A program made the translations under genes and the position numbers. From Octopus sinensis (lineage: Eukaryota), in assembly GCF_006345805.1 (NCBI RefSeq), contig NC_043002.1, positions 97,650,001 to 97,714,000 of the forward strand: a stretch of DNA of 64,000 nt, read 5' to 3'. The notes beneath the pieces were generated by a model, which made no database searches, was not told the origin of the DNA, and saw nothing but the letters and a program-made list of their open reading frames with translations. The stretch's first letter is position 1; each line of letters opens with the position of its first letter. This document shows, piece after piece, positions 1 to 13,400 of the stretch.

Positions 1-223
1 TCAGTTTGGCAAATGTTGAATGTCAGAGTTAATATTGTTCGCTTTTACTTGTCCTCACTGCAACATTCAATGACAAAACACAAGGCAATGCTTTCAAGGT
101 ACTATCACAGTTTGTATTGAAGCATTTCTCGAATGCTACGCCTGTTGCAGTTGTGAACTACAATGACGCCGTTAATAATAGCAAACATAAACAGAAATAA
201 CATCAACAGCAGCAGCAGCAGCA

Positions 224-414
224 GTGGAGGCGCAATGGCCCAGTGGTTAGGGCAGTGAACTCGCGGTCGTAAGAATGCGGTTTCGAGTCCCAGACCGGGC
301 ATTGTGAGTGTTTATTGAGCAAAAACACCTAAGCTCCACGAGGCTCCGGCGGGTGTGGTGGTGAACCCCGCTGTACTCTTTCGCCACAACTTTCTCTCGC
401 TCTTTCTTCCTACC
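224..414 (+). mobile_element. SINE family A, 3'-truncated (tRNA-derived head)
   Basis: Head GGAGGCGCAATGGCCCAGTGGTTAGGGCAG...GTTTCGAGTCCC with A/B-box-like motifs; same body as the copies at 6854, 8474, 18290 and 60025. Confidence 0.85.
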
Positions 415-693
415 TTTGCCACAAATTAAAGGAACCATGGTGTATCCCACTATGGTGTGGTAAACTTTCAGACCCTAGTCTAGATTGCGAATCCTCTGTA
501 CCCCAGGATGGTTCAGCTCTCCACCCGTTAAAAGCCACCGTTTACGGAATGAGGATAACAACGTCACTTCATACTTGCAGAATGATCGCAGTTTACTTTC
601 TCAGATTTTCGAGTAATCTTGAGTCAGTGTTCTGACCTTTAAACAAGATACATTAAAACTGATGCTCAACGTAAATTTTTCTGCTTTTAACTT

Positions 694-904
694 TTCTACT
701 CTAGGCACAAGGTCCGAAATTTGGTGGGAGGGAGCCAGTCGATTATATCGACCCGAGTGCGTAACTGGTACTTATTTAATCGACCCCGAAAGGATGAAAG
801 GCAAAGTCGACCTCGGCGGAGTTTGAACTCAGAACGTAGCGGCAGACGAAATACCGCTAGGCATTTCGCTCGGCGTGCTAACGCTTCTGCCAGCTCGCCG
901 CCTT
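694..904 (-). mobile_element. SINE family C (Deu/Nin-like core)
   Basis: Reverse complement of GGCGGCGAGCTGGCAGAA...GCCTTTCATCCTTTCGGGGTCGATTAAATAAGTACCAG; many copies in the window. Confidence 0.85.
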
Positions 905-1023
905 TTTTTCTGGTTTTAACACTTCTAAAACAATTGTGAGTATTGCTTGGATACCGTAAATTTTTTCATGATGAAACTATAACAATTAATAAACGCTGCT
1001 GTTTATAGTATATTTGATATAAT

Positions 1024-1187
1024 GCAGGTGTGGCTGTGTAAGTTAAGAAGCTTGCTTCCAACCATGTGGTCCTGTGTTCAGTCCTAGTGCGTGGCATCTT
1101 GGGCAAATGTAAGTGGATTTGGTAGACGGAACCTGAAAGTGGCCCATCGTATATTTGTGTGTGTGTGAGTGTGTGTGTGTGTATGTG

Positions 1188-1230
<43 letters not shown>

Positions 1231-1432
1231 TGTGTTCCCCACCATCGCTTGACTGTAAGCCGTAGTTTGTTTATGTTCCATAACTTAGTGGTTCGGCAAA
1301 AGTAAAAGATAAAATACGTAAAAGGCTTTAAGAAAATATGCCCTAAGGTCAATTTCTTCAGCTAAGCCCTTCAAGGCGGTGCTCCAGTATGACCGCGGCC
1401 TAATGACAGAAGCAAATAAAAGGAGATAAAAG
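1024..1432 (+). mobile_element. SINE family B (CORE-like GGCACCTTGGGCAAG, internal microsatellite)
   Basis: GCAGGTGTGGCTGTGT head, central (TG)n, tail AAGGCGGTGCTCCAGTATGACCGC; about 20 full or partial copies in the window. Confidence 0.85.
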
Positions 1433-1557
1433 CAGATGCAACTTCCGAATCAATAGCATTACGTTTCATCGATGGAGATCAATGAAAATAAAGATAATAG
1501 CGAAGATGATTTTATGCTCAAACAGTTTTAAACTGGGTTTGATGTGAATGTTGGATT

Positions 1558-1886
1558 GGAAGCACTCCGTCGGTTACGACGACGAGGGTTCCGGACTCGC
1601 GGTCGTAGGATCGTGGTTTCGATTCCCAGACCGGGCGTTGTGAGTGTTTATTGAGCGAAAACACCTAAAGCTCCGCGAGGCTCCGGCAGGGGATGGTGGT
1701 GATCCCTGCTGTACTCTTTCACCACAACTTTCTCTCACTCTTACTTCCTGTTTCTGTTGTACCTGTATTTCAAAGGGCCGGCCTTGTCACTCTCTGTGTC
1801 ACGCTGAATATCCCCGAGAACTGTGTTAAGGGTGCACGTGTCTGTGGAGTGCTCAGCCAGTTACACGTAACCGACGGAGTGCTTCC
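1558..1886 (+). mobile_element. Rearranged SINE A with its 3' tail also present inverted at the 5' end
   Basis: GGAAGCACTCCGTCGGTTACG (1558-1578) is the reverse complement of CGTAACCGACGGAGTGCTTCC (1866-1886); head truncated and internal deletion near the tail. Confidence 0.75.
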
Positions 1887-1894
1887 CTATTAGC

Positions 1895-2000
1895 CAATCG
1901 TAGCCAATAGATGTTCTATTCCCTTCTATTCCCGTGGTAGCCCACGTCTCACTTGCGTATAACAGCGCTGGTAGGACGGTGCTATTTGAAGATATAGGGG
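1895..2000 (-). mobile_element. RTE-clade LINE reverse transcriptase fragment
   Basis: Minus-strand peptide STVLPALLYASETWAT matches the RTE RT thumb motif (VLPxLLYGSETW). Confidence 0.65.
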
Positions 2001-2059
2001 AAGTAATTAGTGAAATTAATCGCTTTAAATAAAAGGTAGAGATATTGGTTTTAAAACTT

Positions 2060-2285
2060 TGGCACCAGGCTTGCAATTTCGGGAAGGGGTCAGTCTATTA
2101 CATCAAGCTCAGTACTCAAGCATTGCCCTCAGTACTCAAGTGATACTTAATTTATCGACCTGGAGAGGATGAAAGGCAAAGTCGACCTCAGCTGAATTTG
2201 AACTCAGAACGTAAAGTCGGTTAAAACGTTGCTAAGCATTTTGCCCCGGCGTACAAACGGCTCTGCCATTTCACCACCGTGGGGA
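2060..2285 (-). mobile_element. SINE family C, diverged
   Basis: ATCGACCTGGAGAGGATGAAAGGCAAAGTCGACCTC core in reverse orientation. Confidence 0.75.
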
Positions 2286-2587
2286 CAGGGTAGAGATTAT
2301 TAACGAGCAGGATATTAGCTATTTGGTTATCAGATAAATTCGTTCGGCTTTTTTTTTTTTTTGCTTTTTTGTTTTTGTATGTTTGTTTATTCTACTTAAC
2401 ACTCTATCGCGATATGTTTGAAAAGGGGTAAAATTTATTCAAATTCCAGAAACGATAAACAAAAGTCGTAGTGAAAGAATAGAGCTTCATAAAAAGAAGA
2501 AAACTTAAAATGATAAGATGAAAATAGTTTTATTATTTATTCAAATAACATTAGAAAGTATTTTAGAAAAAAATGGGGGGAAACTAG

Positions 2588-3012
2588 GGATCTTTTCGGT
2601 TTGAACGGCAGTTTTTAACATAATTTCTAGGTAACTAAAAAATTTTAAACTTCGTATACTGGTAGAATGTGTTTATAAAACATCTTTTTCTCTTGGCTTT
2701 ATTGAGAAAATTCTATAGTTTGTAAGATATTTGTTGTTTTCTTTCATCAATTTCTGCAATTTCAACCAATCACTGACGTCTATTGAGGTAAAAAAAACAT
2801 TCTGTGTCGTATGAATATGTCCCTTGTTTAAGAAACAGATTGGGTTTATTTACATTTGTGAAGAAAAAAAGATACCCTTCCCCCCACCCCTAACCCTAAC
2901 CCTAACCCTAAAACAGATTGAAATGCAATAGATCGATACTAGGGTCATAATTATGGTTGACAATTTCATATGACACCGCTAGAAAAAACTGACGTTCAAA
3001 CCGAAAAGATCC
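2588..3012. mobile_element. Non-autonomous TIR transposon (MITE) with GG termini and 8-bp TSD, possibly Merlin-like
   Basis: TIR GGATCTTTTCGGTTTGAACGGCAGTTTTT / AAAAACTGACGTTCAAACCGAAAAGATCC; TSD GAAACTAG (2580-2587, 3013-3020); internal (CCCTAA)4; second copy at 62106-62498. Confidence 0.85.
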
Positions 3013-5417
3013 GAAACTAGTATTGATCTTCAGATAATTAACAACAGAAGACTGCAGTCGCTTCACATATCGAGAATGTATTTAGAACTTCTATGCTCCA
3101 CCTAAACAACAACAGCGCGCGGTTAGAATCCCCGAGTGTTACACCTCGGGTATTTCTCCAGGCCAAAGAACAGATATTGAGTATTTCGCCAGGCCAGTGC
3201 ACATCTTCAACGTGGAAAAATTTCATTATAAAAGAAACTTAGTAAGCATTCACAGAGTCTGAAAATTTTGTGAAAAAAGTTCGTGTCAAGCTGGTAATGT
3301 TGGTGCCGAATCTGAGACGATGCCACGGCTGCATCTTCAGATATACTAGATCTCCTGCAAGGAAATGCTATGTCGCCGATTGGCAGAAAGTTGCTCACAA
3401 ACACACTTACGGAAATTTATTGAGCAAGCATGTGGTTCTCTCTCTCTCTCTCTGCCTTTTTTCTACTGCAGCTACGATGGTTTTGTGCCAGCAACACTCA
3501 TGTACTTTTTCTACCATCACCCATGTTGTGTACTCTACCACCACCATCACCACCTTCGCCACTATCCCCACCCCCATTACCACTACCATCACCACCACTC
3601 TTACTAACTCATATTAACAACTTTTTTTAGAGTCTCTTCTCCCCGTGAACACCAATCCTCTGGGATTCTCTGACTGCTCAATGATCTTTTCGACCATGAC
3701 TGACCACCAATTGTTCAATAAGCGTGTTAAAGGCGTTGGTTTCATTGGTCTCGGATCGAGAAGGAGGCTGCAAAAACTGTGGTCAGAATCCTTTCTTCTA
3801 CATCGAACCAATAAAAAAAAAAGAGCCAGTAGTCTAAACAACAGAAATTCAGCCAAAGAAAACTACAATCGAACATATCCGATGTGAAGTAGAGACTAAT
3901 GGTTCAGTAGAGGCTTTTTGTGTGAGCTGAAAGAGAATAAGTAAGAATAGGAATATTAAAGAATGTATGAAAATATTTCATTGTTTTCTAAAGGGAAGTT
4001 GGAGACTGGATTGGTTGTGACGTTGGGAGACATTTTGCTCAAATAATGGTAGAAAAGATGATTGCATTTAATTTCTAAATATAGGAACTAAAAATCTACT
4101 CCTACGACTGAGAGAGAATGTTTGTTAGATGTCTGCTGTTTTTACTTTGAAAAACAAACAAACAAAAAAAAAGCAGCGATTAATTGTCAAAAGGTGACAA
4201 CTGATTTTCAGGCATTCAAACGGCTGTTCCGTTTGGGTTTTTATCCATTTAATGTTTGAGTTTTATCAATTTTGCATTCTGCTTACATTGTTGTCTCTTG
4301 TTTATTCGTATACTATTTAGGCAACAAAATTAAACTCAGCCTTGTAAGTGCAATACAATTGATGAAGAAAACTACATATCAGATAGATATCGGAATTTAT
4401 TTGATTTTTTCCAATTGTTTTTTTTTTTTTCTCAAAGATAATTGTGAGTGAAGGTTATAGACAAGCATGCCAATAGTAGCATTGGTAAAATAAATAGCTG
4501 GAATAATATTTACTAAAGATATGGAAGGAATGAAACCGTTCTGTTATTCGTAAAACCGCTTGACAAGACTAAGTGTCAGTATATTGAAAGCCGATTCGAA
4601 GAAATTAAACATGAAATGCTGTCGTAATACTTTGAAAGTACATTTCTTCTTGTTTAAAAGTACATGTCTTCCGTGTTTACTCCTAGGTCGTAAATTCATT
4701 GCATGATGAACTTAGCCACAACACATCATAGTCTATCAGTACACATACATATATACTCCATCCTTTCCACCTTTCTAAATATCAATCATCTTTATAACTT
4801 TTGAGTTCTTAATGTAGGGGGGCTTTATGCCTTGTCTTTTCGTTTATGACTTTAATTCCCTGCTCAAATTTGTTTCACCACAAAAAGCAGTCATGCAAGA
4901 GTAAAACAAAAAAACCTAAATTACGTGTTGTTTACAATCTTACAATGTAATATAGTAATATGTAATCAATAACAGAGACTTTACAACATAGAGAAAGTGA
5001 TATTTATTTCCTAATGCTTTGTTGTCTGACAAAACATTTTCAATCTAATAAAAATGACACTTATGCGTTCATGATTTAAGTGATTGTTTTCCACTATATG
5101 CACCATGGAAATGTTTTTGACAAGTCTTTCCTCTTGTGTGCTTGATTATAAAAATTATTTTATCTTTCCCCAAACAATATCCCCTCGTTTATGTGTCCTG
5201 TACTGTCGACATAACACGAATTTATATAAAACATTTGCAAACGTAGAGATGAAAAAATCGAATGGCGTCATGAACAACGTTAAATGTACATATACTTGTT
5301 ATTCGAATACAATTGTTTGAAGGATTTGCTAAACGACTACATTATCGAGAAATTACATTTATTAGCTAGGTAAAGCTGATGCATTCTGATGTTTAATACG
5401 ACTTATAATACCATATC

Positions 5418-5419
<2 letters not shown>

Positions 5420-5450
<31 letters not shown>

Positions 5451-5465
5451 GATAGATAGATAGAT

Positions 5466-5529
<64 letters not shown>

Positions 5530-5641
5530 GATATATGTATATATATATATACATACATATATATATATATATATATACATATTTATACATATACACACAC
5601 ACACAATGTACGTATGCAGGTATTCATGCGCATATGTATAT

Positions 5642-5690
<49 letters not shown>

Positions 5691-5820
5691 TGACCCTGTT
5701 AAATAATTTGCTTGCATATTTGTGTGCGCGTGTGTGTGCATGTGTGTATGTGTACATGCTGCATACATACGCACACACGCATACAAACATATATATATAT
5801 ATATACATATATATATACAT
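5420..5820. repeat. Compound microsatellite (TA)n/(GATA)n/(CA)n
   Basis: Visible directly in the sequence. Confidence 0.95.
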
Positions 5821-5821
5821 A

Positions 5822-6378
5822 CGAGGGGGAGTCAAAATGTAATGCCATTTTATTTAGCACAAGTATAATTACCAACACAGGAACATGTATCATACATCAA
5901 AATGAAGCTGGTCCCCTGTGGATTACATCCCTACTTCTCAACATAGTCACCGTTTCTCTCAATAGCAATGTTCCACCTTTGAATGAGAGCATGTATCTCT
6001 GCCCCGTAAAATTCTGTTGATTGTTCTTTGAGCCACTTCTTCACTACCTCCGTTACTCACCAGATTTAGCGCCTTCGGATTATCACCTCTTCGGCGCCAC
6101 GATAGAGTGTTTGAGAGGCAAACATTATTCCAGTGACAAGGAAGTGAAAACTGTAATGAAGAAGTGGCTCAAAGAACAGTCAACAGAATTTTACGGGGCA
6201 GGGATACATGCTCTCATTCGAAGTTGGAACATTGCTATTGAGAGAAATGGTGACTATGGTGAAAAGTAGGGATGTGATCCACAGAGGACCAGCTTCATTT
6301 TGATGTATGATACATGTTCCTGTGTTGGCAATTATATCTGTCCTAAACAAAATGACATTACTTTTTGACTCACCCTCG
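5822..6378. mobile_element. Mariner-derived palindromic element with TA TSD
   Basis: TA|CGAGGGGGAGTCAAAA...TTTTTGACTCACCCTCG|TA; ~220-bp inverted arms; the centre encodes the mariner C-terminus YSPDLAPSDYHLF...GI.AL..W...IE.NGDY.EK. Confidence 0.9.
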
Positions 6379-6390
6379 TATATATATTAT

Positions 6391-6501
<111 letters not shown>

Positions 6502-6519
6502 TCCCTATATGTACACGTA

Positions 6520-6680
6520 CTTATGAGAACGCAAGTGCAATACAAAATGGAAAAAATAGCAGTCGAATACCAAAGGCAGAGTTAAATATAGTGTTTATTG
6601 ACGCAGAAACGTCACAAATCGTTACTCTGAGTTTCACGTAATAGATCATCAGATAGCTGTGAACTTTAGAAACAGTAGAA
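6520..6680 (-). mobile_element. Penelope-like terminal repeat fragment with degenerate hammerhead
   Basis: Minus strand CTGATGA-tctattacgt-GAAA-CTCAGAG-TA; helix II does not pair; adjacent to (GATA)n. Confidence 0.4.
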
Positions 6681-6830
6681 TGGTTTTAGATGGTGCAATA
6701 ACAATTATTCTATAAATGCTCAAATGACAGTTTAAAAGTAATTGGATAAGGGAAGTGTCATATTTCACTTATTTATTACAAATAATATTTCACTTATTTA
6801 TATTATTTAGTGAAAATAATATAAATAGTT

Positions 6831-7420
6831 GCAGGAGTGGCTATATGGTAAGAGTGGAGGCGCAATGGCCCAGTGGTTAGGGCAGCGGACTCGCGGTCAT
6901 AGGATCGTGGTTTCGATTCCCAGACCGGGCGTTGTGAGTGTTTAATGAGCGAAAACACCAAAAGCTCCACGAGGCTTCGGCAGGGGATGGTGGTGATCCC
7001 TGCTGTACTCTTTCACCACAACTTTCTCTCACTCTTACTTCCTGTTTCTGTTGTACCTGTATTTCAAAGGGCCGGCCTTGTCACTCTCTGTGTCACGCTG
7101 AATATCCCCGAGAACTACGTTAAGGGTACACGTGTCTGGGGACTGCTCAGCCACTTACACGTTAATTTCACGAGCAGGCTGTTCCGTTGATTCGGATCAA
7201 CCGGAACCCTCATCGTCGTAACCGACGGAGTGATTCTTCTTTCTATAAGGTAAGAAGCTAGCTTCCTAACTACATGGTTCCAGGTTCAGTCCCCCTGCGT
7301 GGCACCTTAGTGAAGTGTCTTCTGCTATAGACACGGGCCGACCAAGGTCTTGTGAGTGAATTTGTTAGGTAGAAACTGAAAGAAGCCCATCGTGTGTGTG
7401 AGTGCGTGCGTGTATGTGGA
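6831..7420 (+). mobile_element. SINE B interrupted in its head by a SINE A
   Basis: B head GCAGGAGTGGCTATATGGTAAGA resumes after the SINE A; TSD CTATA(T/A)GGTAAGA at 6841-6853 and 7243-7255. Confidence 0.8.
6854..7242 (+). mobile_element. SINE family A, full length
   Basis: tRNA-like head through to tail GTCGTAACCGACGGAGTG; 13-bp TSD with one mismatch. Confidence 0.9.
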
Positions 7421-7645
7421 CATAAATATGTGGGGGTGATGAAAAGATCCTGGCTTTAAGGGTGTCACGAAAGACTTAGTAGAAGGGCCAGCCTTCTGAG
7501 TTCTTTGACAGGGTTTAGAAAAACTGAAGGACCGAATCGAATGGACTCGATTCTTTCTACTCAAAATTCTTCAAGACGGTGCCGCAACCTAATGATTGAA
7601 ACAAGTAAAAGATAAAGGATAACAAAGAAATTCAAATCCAGTAAC

Positions 7646-8330
7646 TTCAGAAAACTGAGGTCACTGATTCGGAAAACTGCGGACACTAACTCGGAAAACT
7701 GGGGTCACCAATTCGGAAAACTGGGGTCACCAATTCGGAAAACTGAGGTCACTAATTCGGAAAACTGGGGTCACTAATTCGGAAAATTGGGGTCACCAAT
7801 TCGGAAAACTGAGGTCACTGATTCGGAAAACTGGGACAACTAATTCGGAATACTGGGGTCACCAATTCGGAAAACTGGGATCACCAATTCGGAAAACTGA
7901 GGTCACTGATTCAGAAAACTGCGGTCACCAATTCAGAAAACTGAGGTCACTAATTCGGAAAACTGGGGCCACTAATTCGGAAAACTGGGGCCACTAATTC
8001 GGAAAACTGGGGTCACCAATTCGGAAAACTGGGGTCACTGATTCGGAAAACTGCGGTCACTAATTCGGAAAACTGGGGCCACTAATTCGGAAAACTGGGG
8101 TCACCAATTCGGAAAACTGGGGTCACTGATTCGGAAAACTGCGGTCACTAATTCGGAAAACTGGGGCCAGTAATTAGGGAAACTGGGGTCACTAATTCGG
8201 AAAACTGCGGTCACTAATTCAGAAGCCTGCGACCACTAGTTCAAAAAACCTGGAGTCACTAATTCAGAAAACTGGGGCCACTAATTAAGAAAAGTGGGGT
8301 CACTAATTCAGAAATCTGGGACCACTAATT
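7646..8330. repeat. 22-bp minisatellite, about 31 units (AATTCGGAAAACTGGGGTCACY)
   Basis: Contiguous units with no spacers; variant units recur as an 88-bp four-unit block around 7985-8160. Confidence 0.95.
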
Positions 8331-8473
8331 TGTGAACGATGTTTTACACTTTCGTCAATATCAGCGGCAGTGGACCAAACAATGATGGTAACTTTTAAAG
8401 ATGCTATAAAATATTAGTCGTGTGAAGATAGCATTATGATGTCTAACTTCACTAACGTCACACCAATGGTCGT

Positions 8474-8858
8474 AGTGGAGGCGCAATTGCCCAGTGGTTA
8501 GGGCAGCGGACTCGCGGTCATACGATCGCGGTTTCGATTCCCAGACCGGGCGTTGTGAGTGTTTATTGAGCGAAAACACCTAAAACTCCACGAGGCTCCG
8601 GCAGGGGATGGTGGTGATCCCTGCTGTACTCTTTCACCACAACTTTCTCTCACTCTTACTTCCTGTTTCTGTTGTACCTGTATTTCAAAGGGCCGGCCTT
8701 GTCACTCTCTGTCACGCTGAATATCCCCGAGAACTACGTTGAGGGTACACATGTCTGTGGAGTGCTCAGCCACTTACACGTTAATTTCACGAGCAGGCTG
8801 TTCCGTTGATTCGGATCAACCGGAACCCTCATCGTCGTAACCGACGAAGTGCTTCCAA
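8474..8858 (+). mobile_element. SINE family A, full length
   Basis: TSD CCAATGGTCGT (8463-8473, 8859-8869). Confidence 0.92.
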
Positions 8859-10253
8859 CCAATGGTCGTGTAAAAGATGGGAATTTACTTGTCGCGCCAT
8901 TTCAATGCATACCTGAGTGGACATACATATTTCTATATGCATATGGTTGTTTGTGTATGTATTTGACTATGTACAAGTGTTCGTAGAGAGTATGTATGTT
9001 ATCAGGAACGGCATTAATGTCATAATGCTTCTTTTCTTCTCCCTATAAATCTCTGGTCGTGCATTCAGCAAAAATAAATCGATATTTCAATTTGTTGCAA
9101 GCTTAAAATTATTGCTGCTAATTTTTTTTTTCTTTTTCTCTGCCATCAAATTTTAAGAAAGCCAAAAAAAAAATGTCAATACAATAAAACAAAGCTGTCA
9201 AGTATTAACTAGATGTGGCATTTAACACATCTGACACAGATAAAGAGCAGCTGTGACTGGGAGGCGGGTGGTTGGAAAAGATTGAGAGGTGAAGGGATAC
9301 AAGCTTAAAAGACTGAGTTAGTAAAAGTAGTGACTAGTGATTGAAAGAGTATATAACAGGAGAGAGAATGAACGAAGGGGGGAAAAAATAAACACGAGAG
9401 AGACAAGAGAGCGTGAACGAGTAAGAGAAAAAGTCTAGTAATGAAACAAGAACAAAAATAAACATTATGGGGGATTTAATACAATGATGTTAAAGAGAAT
9501 ATAACGTCATAATTGATTCTGCGTCTGACGAAATGAAAATCGCTAAAAGTCACTTGTGTTGAAGCAAAACTGAGTTACAGCTGAAGATTTCTGTAAAAGT
9601 TCACGATAACTTGATTGTTAGGCAGAGAATAAAGACGAAATGTAAGCAGGTTATGTATTAGGATAACCAGAAAATAGACGATGCAATAAAACAAATGATG
9701 TTTATAACCGAGAAAATACAACAGAAAAATGATCGGTTGAAGACATCTTTTAAAATATAATCGACGTCGAGCTAATCTCATCCTCCCATAAATGGTTATC
9801 TTTTCTTTGCTTTGAAAATTGCTTTCCGTTTGATGTTACACAGTAATGTATATATGCATGTATATATTTTTTTAATAATACAAATACACGCTCACACATA
9901 AATATGTAGATATATGCATAGACAAGAATGTGTGCATATATGTATCTATGTGCCTGTGTATGTGTGTGCATGCCATTCATTTACTTGATGCATATTAAAC
10001 TTCAATAATGCATACAGGCTCAAGCATTTATGCACACACATTGCATGCGCACACGTAGACACATTCAGTATATGTGTATGCCTACACACACAAACACGTA
10101 TATATAGAGAGAGAGACAGAGACAGACAGACAGACAGACAGACAGAGAAAGATAGACAGATAGATAGATAGATAGATAGTAGATAGATAGATAGATAGAT
10201 AGATAGATGATAGATAGACAGATAGATGATAGATAGATAGATAGACAGATATG

Positions 10254-10289
<36 letters not shown>

Positions 10290-10300
<11 letters not shown>

Positions 10301-10551
10301 TCTTTTATTCTTTTACTTGTTTATCATTTGACTGCAGCCATGCTGGAGTACCGCCTTAAAGGGTCTTTTAGTCGAAGAATTCGATCCCTGGACTTATTCT
10401 CTGTAAGCCTAGTACTTATTCTATTGGTGTCTTTTGCCGAACCACAAAGTTAAGGGATATAAATACACCAACATCGGTCGTCAAAGCGATGATGGGGAGG
10501 ACAAACTCAGACACAAAGACACACACACACATACATATAGGCATACATGCG

Positions 10552-10596
<45 letters not shown>

Positions 10597-10811
10597 TTTT
10601 TTTTTGTACTTGTTTCAGTCATTTGACTGCGGCCATGCTGGAGCACCGCCTTTAGAGTGGTGAAAGAGTACAGCAGAGATCACCACCATCCCCTGCCGGA
10701 GCCTCGTGGAGCTTTTAGGTGTTTTCGCTCAATAAACACACACAACGCCCGGTCTGGGAATCGAAACCGCGATCCTCCGACCGCAAGTCCGCTGCCCTAA
10801 CCACTGGGCCA
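10290..10811 (-). mobile_element. Cluster: two SINE B 3' halves and a SINE A head
   Basis: TTTTACTTGTTT...GACTGCGGCCATGCTGGAGCACCGCC and TGGGAATCGAAACCGCGATCC...CCACTGGGCC in reverse orientation. Confidence 0.8.
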
Positions 10812-11563
<752 letters not shown>

Positions 11564-11591
11564 TTTATTTATAATCTATTTATATATATTA

Positions 11592-11623
<32 letters not shown>

Positions 11624-11649
11624 CAATATATAATTTATTTATATATATA

Positions 11650-11682
<33 letters not shown>

Positions 11683-11719
11683 GATAATATGTGTGTGTGT
11701 GTGTGTGTGTATAGAGAGA

Positions 11720-12067
11720 GAGAGATTAGAAAAAAACACCTTTTATCAATTCAATAATGAAAAATTTAATTACACCATCTAGAAAACTACATATTATAGA
11801 AAGATTAAATATAAGATAAAAAATGTAACGATGATTAAGTAATTTGCAAAATAATAAACAAAACGTATATATTTGGTAAAATAACGACACGTGTTTCGTG
11901 GCTATATTTAAGAAATGATTATAGTAAAAATATTTATAGTAGTAGTAAAATCACTTCAAATTAAATATAGCTACTCATCAGGTTAAAGATAACTACAATA
12001 ATATAATAATTAATTAATTAATATACGCAAATAATCTTTTAAAATATAAATATATTCTTTAAAAAAA

Positions 12068-12117
<50 letters not shown>

Positions 12118-13400
12118 AGATACAAAATATACATTAAGTGAAAACTAAATACAACACTAATTAATATATTTATTTAATAAACATCCAAATAAAGTCTAAT
12201 ACCCATTAAGCAAATTAATACAAAAACCGTAATGTTAATTAATATATACAATGCTAGTACAATCCATAAATACTGGAATCAAAAATAGGAAATGGTTCAA
12301 ATATACACAAACCCATTATATAAACTAACTATATAATGAATATATATGTAGTATCTATAGATTAAATATATCACTCAGTAATATAGTTGACCAAAATATC
12401 AATTAATATATAGTTTAATATAAACTAATTTACTTAAATGTAATACTACTTGATAAATATACCACCTAATTATTAAATAATGTATTGTCTAACAAAACTA
12501 ATTCTCAAATTAAATTATATGTAATACGTTAAATCCCTTTATAAAAATAATAATAAATCATTCTAAATAAATAGACATCATGATTAATAACTATCATAAC
12601 TTATAACTATCAATAAAATATATATAAAAATAATAATATTTCAACAACAATAATAATAACAGTAATAATAATGATAATAATCAAACCCAATACAATTCAA
12701 AAGCCAAATAATATTTATAAGCAAAAACCGTTACTTAGCTTCTCGATGAAAAAAAATAATATAACTGAATTTTAAACGTAAAAAAAATATATAGATCTTA
12801 GTGTTTATAAAAATTAAACGCGTGAAGACTTTGTGTAAACAAATAGAATAAATTATCAAAGAAAATGGCGAAAACTATTTACTAATGGAAAATACGAAAA
12901 ACATCTAAGCCTCATGAATTAAAGAAAGGTAAGAAAAATAGTAGAGCAAATGAACTATGAAGACATTCAACCATAACCGACAGTCCACAACATATCTAAT
13001 CAAAAACAATAATAATAATAACAATCAATCCCCAAAATAATACAAAATCCAAATAATATTGATAAACAAACAACGTTATAAACTTGTTGATTAAAATAAT
13101 ATAACTGGATTTTAAATGTATAAAAATAGGTCTTAGCGTCTTAATTAATATACACATTGCTAGTACAAGCCATAAATACTGGAATCAAAAATAGGAAATG
13201 GTTTAAATATACACAAACCCATTATATAAACTAACTATATTATTAATATATATGCAGTATCTATAGATTTAATATTTCACTCAATAATATAGTTGACCAA
13301 AATATTAATTAATATTAAAAACTAATTTACTTAACTGTAATACTACGTGATAAAAATACTACCTAATTACTACATAATGTATAGTCTAAAACATAATGTA
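11720..13400 (-). mobile_element. Very AT-rich Penelope-like remnant with internal duplications
   Basis: Carries a canonical HHR at 11882-11985; blocks 12250-12500 and 13155-13395 are duplicated; abuts TA/TG/GA microsatellites. No readable ORF. Confidence 0.45.
11882..11985 (-). ncRNA. Type I hammerhead ribozyme with long helix II
   Basis: taac-CUGAUGA-GUAGCUAUAUUUAA...UUAAAUAUAGCCAC-GAAA-CACGUG-UC/guua; helix I 4 bp, helix II 13 of 14 bp paired and extended further, GUC triplet, palindrome ACACGUGU. Confidence 0.85.

Noticed and set aside
2888-2911. Telomere or interstitial telomeric site
   Set aside because: Only four CCCTAA units, internal to a TIR element.
3207-3360. Gypsy integrase fragment (GDLVYLKMQP on the minus strand)
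   Set aside because: Only about 10 residues resemble the motif; no supporting domains or LTRs.
6619-6655. Functional hammerhead
   Set aside because: Core motifs are present but helix II does not pair and helix I is broken; kept only as a degenerate PLE remnant.
6854-6935. tRNA gene (also 226, 8476, 18290, 22133, 60026 and the B/C heads)
   Set aside because: These are tRNA-like SINE heads: they continue into shared bodies with TSDs, lack a proper acceptor stem and terminator, and vary between copies.
7646-8330. CRISPR array
   Set aside because: Units are contiguous with no unique spacers, there are no cas genes, and the context is eukaryotic. The same applies to the 13-bp array at 30487.
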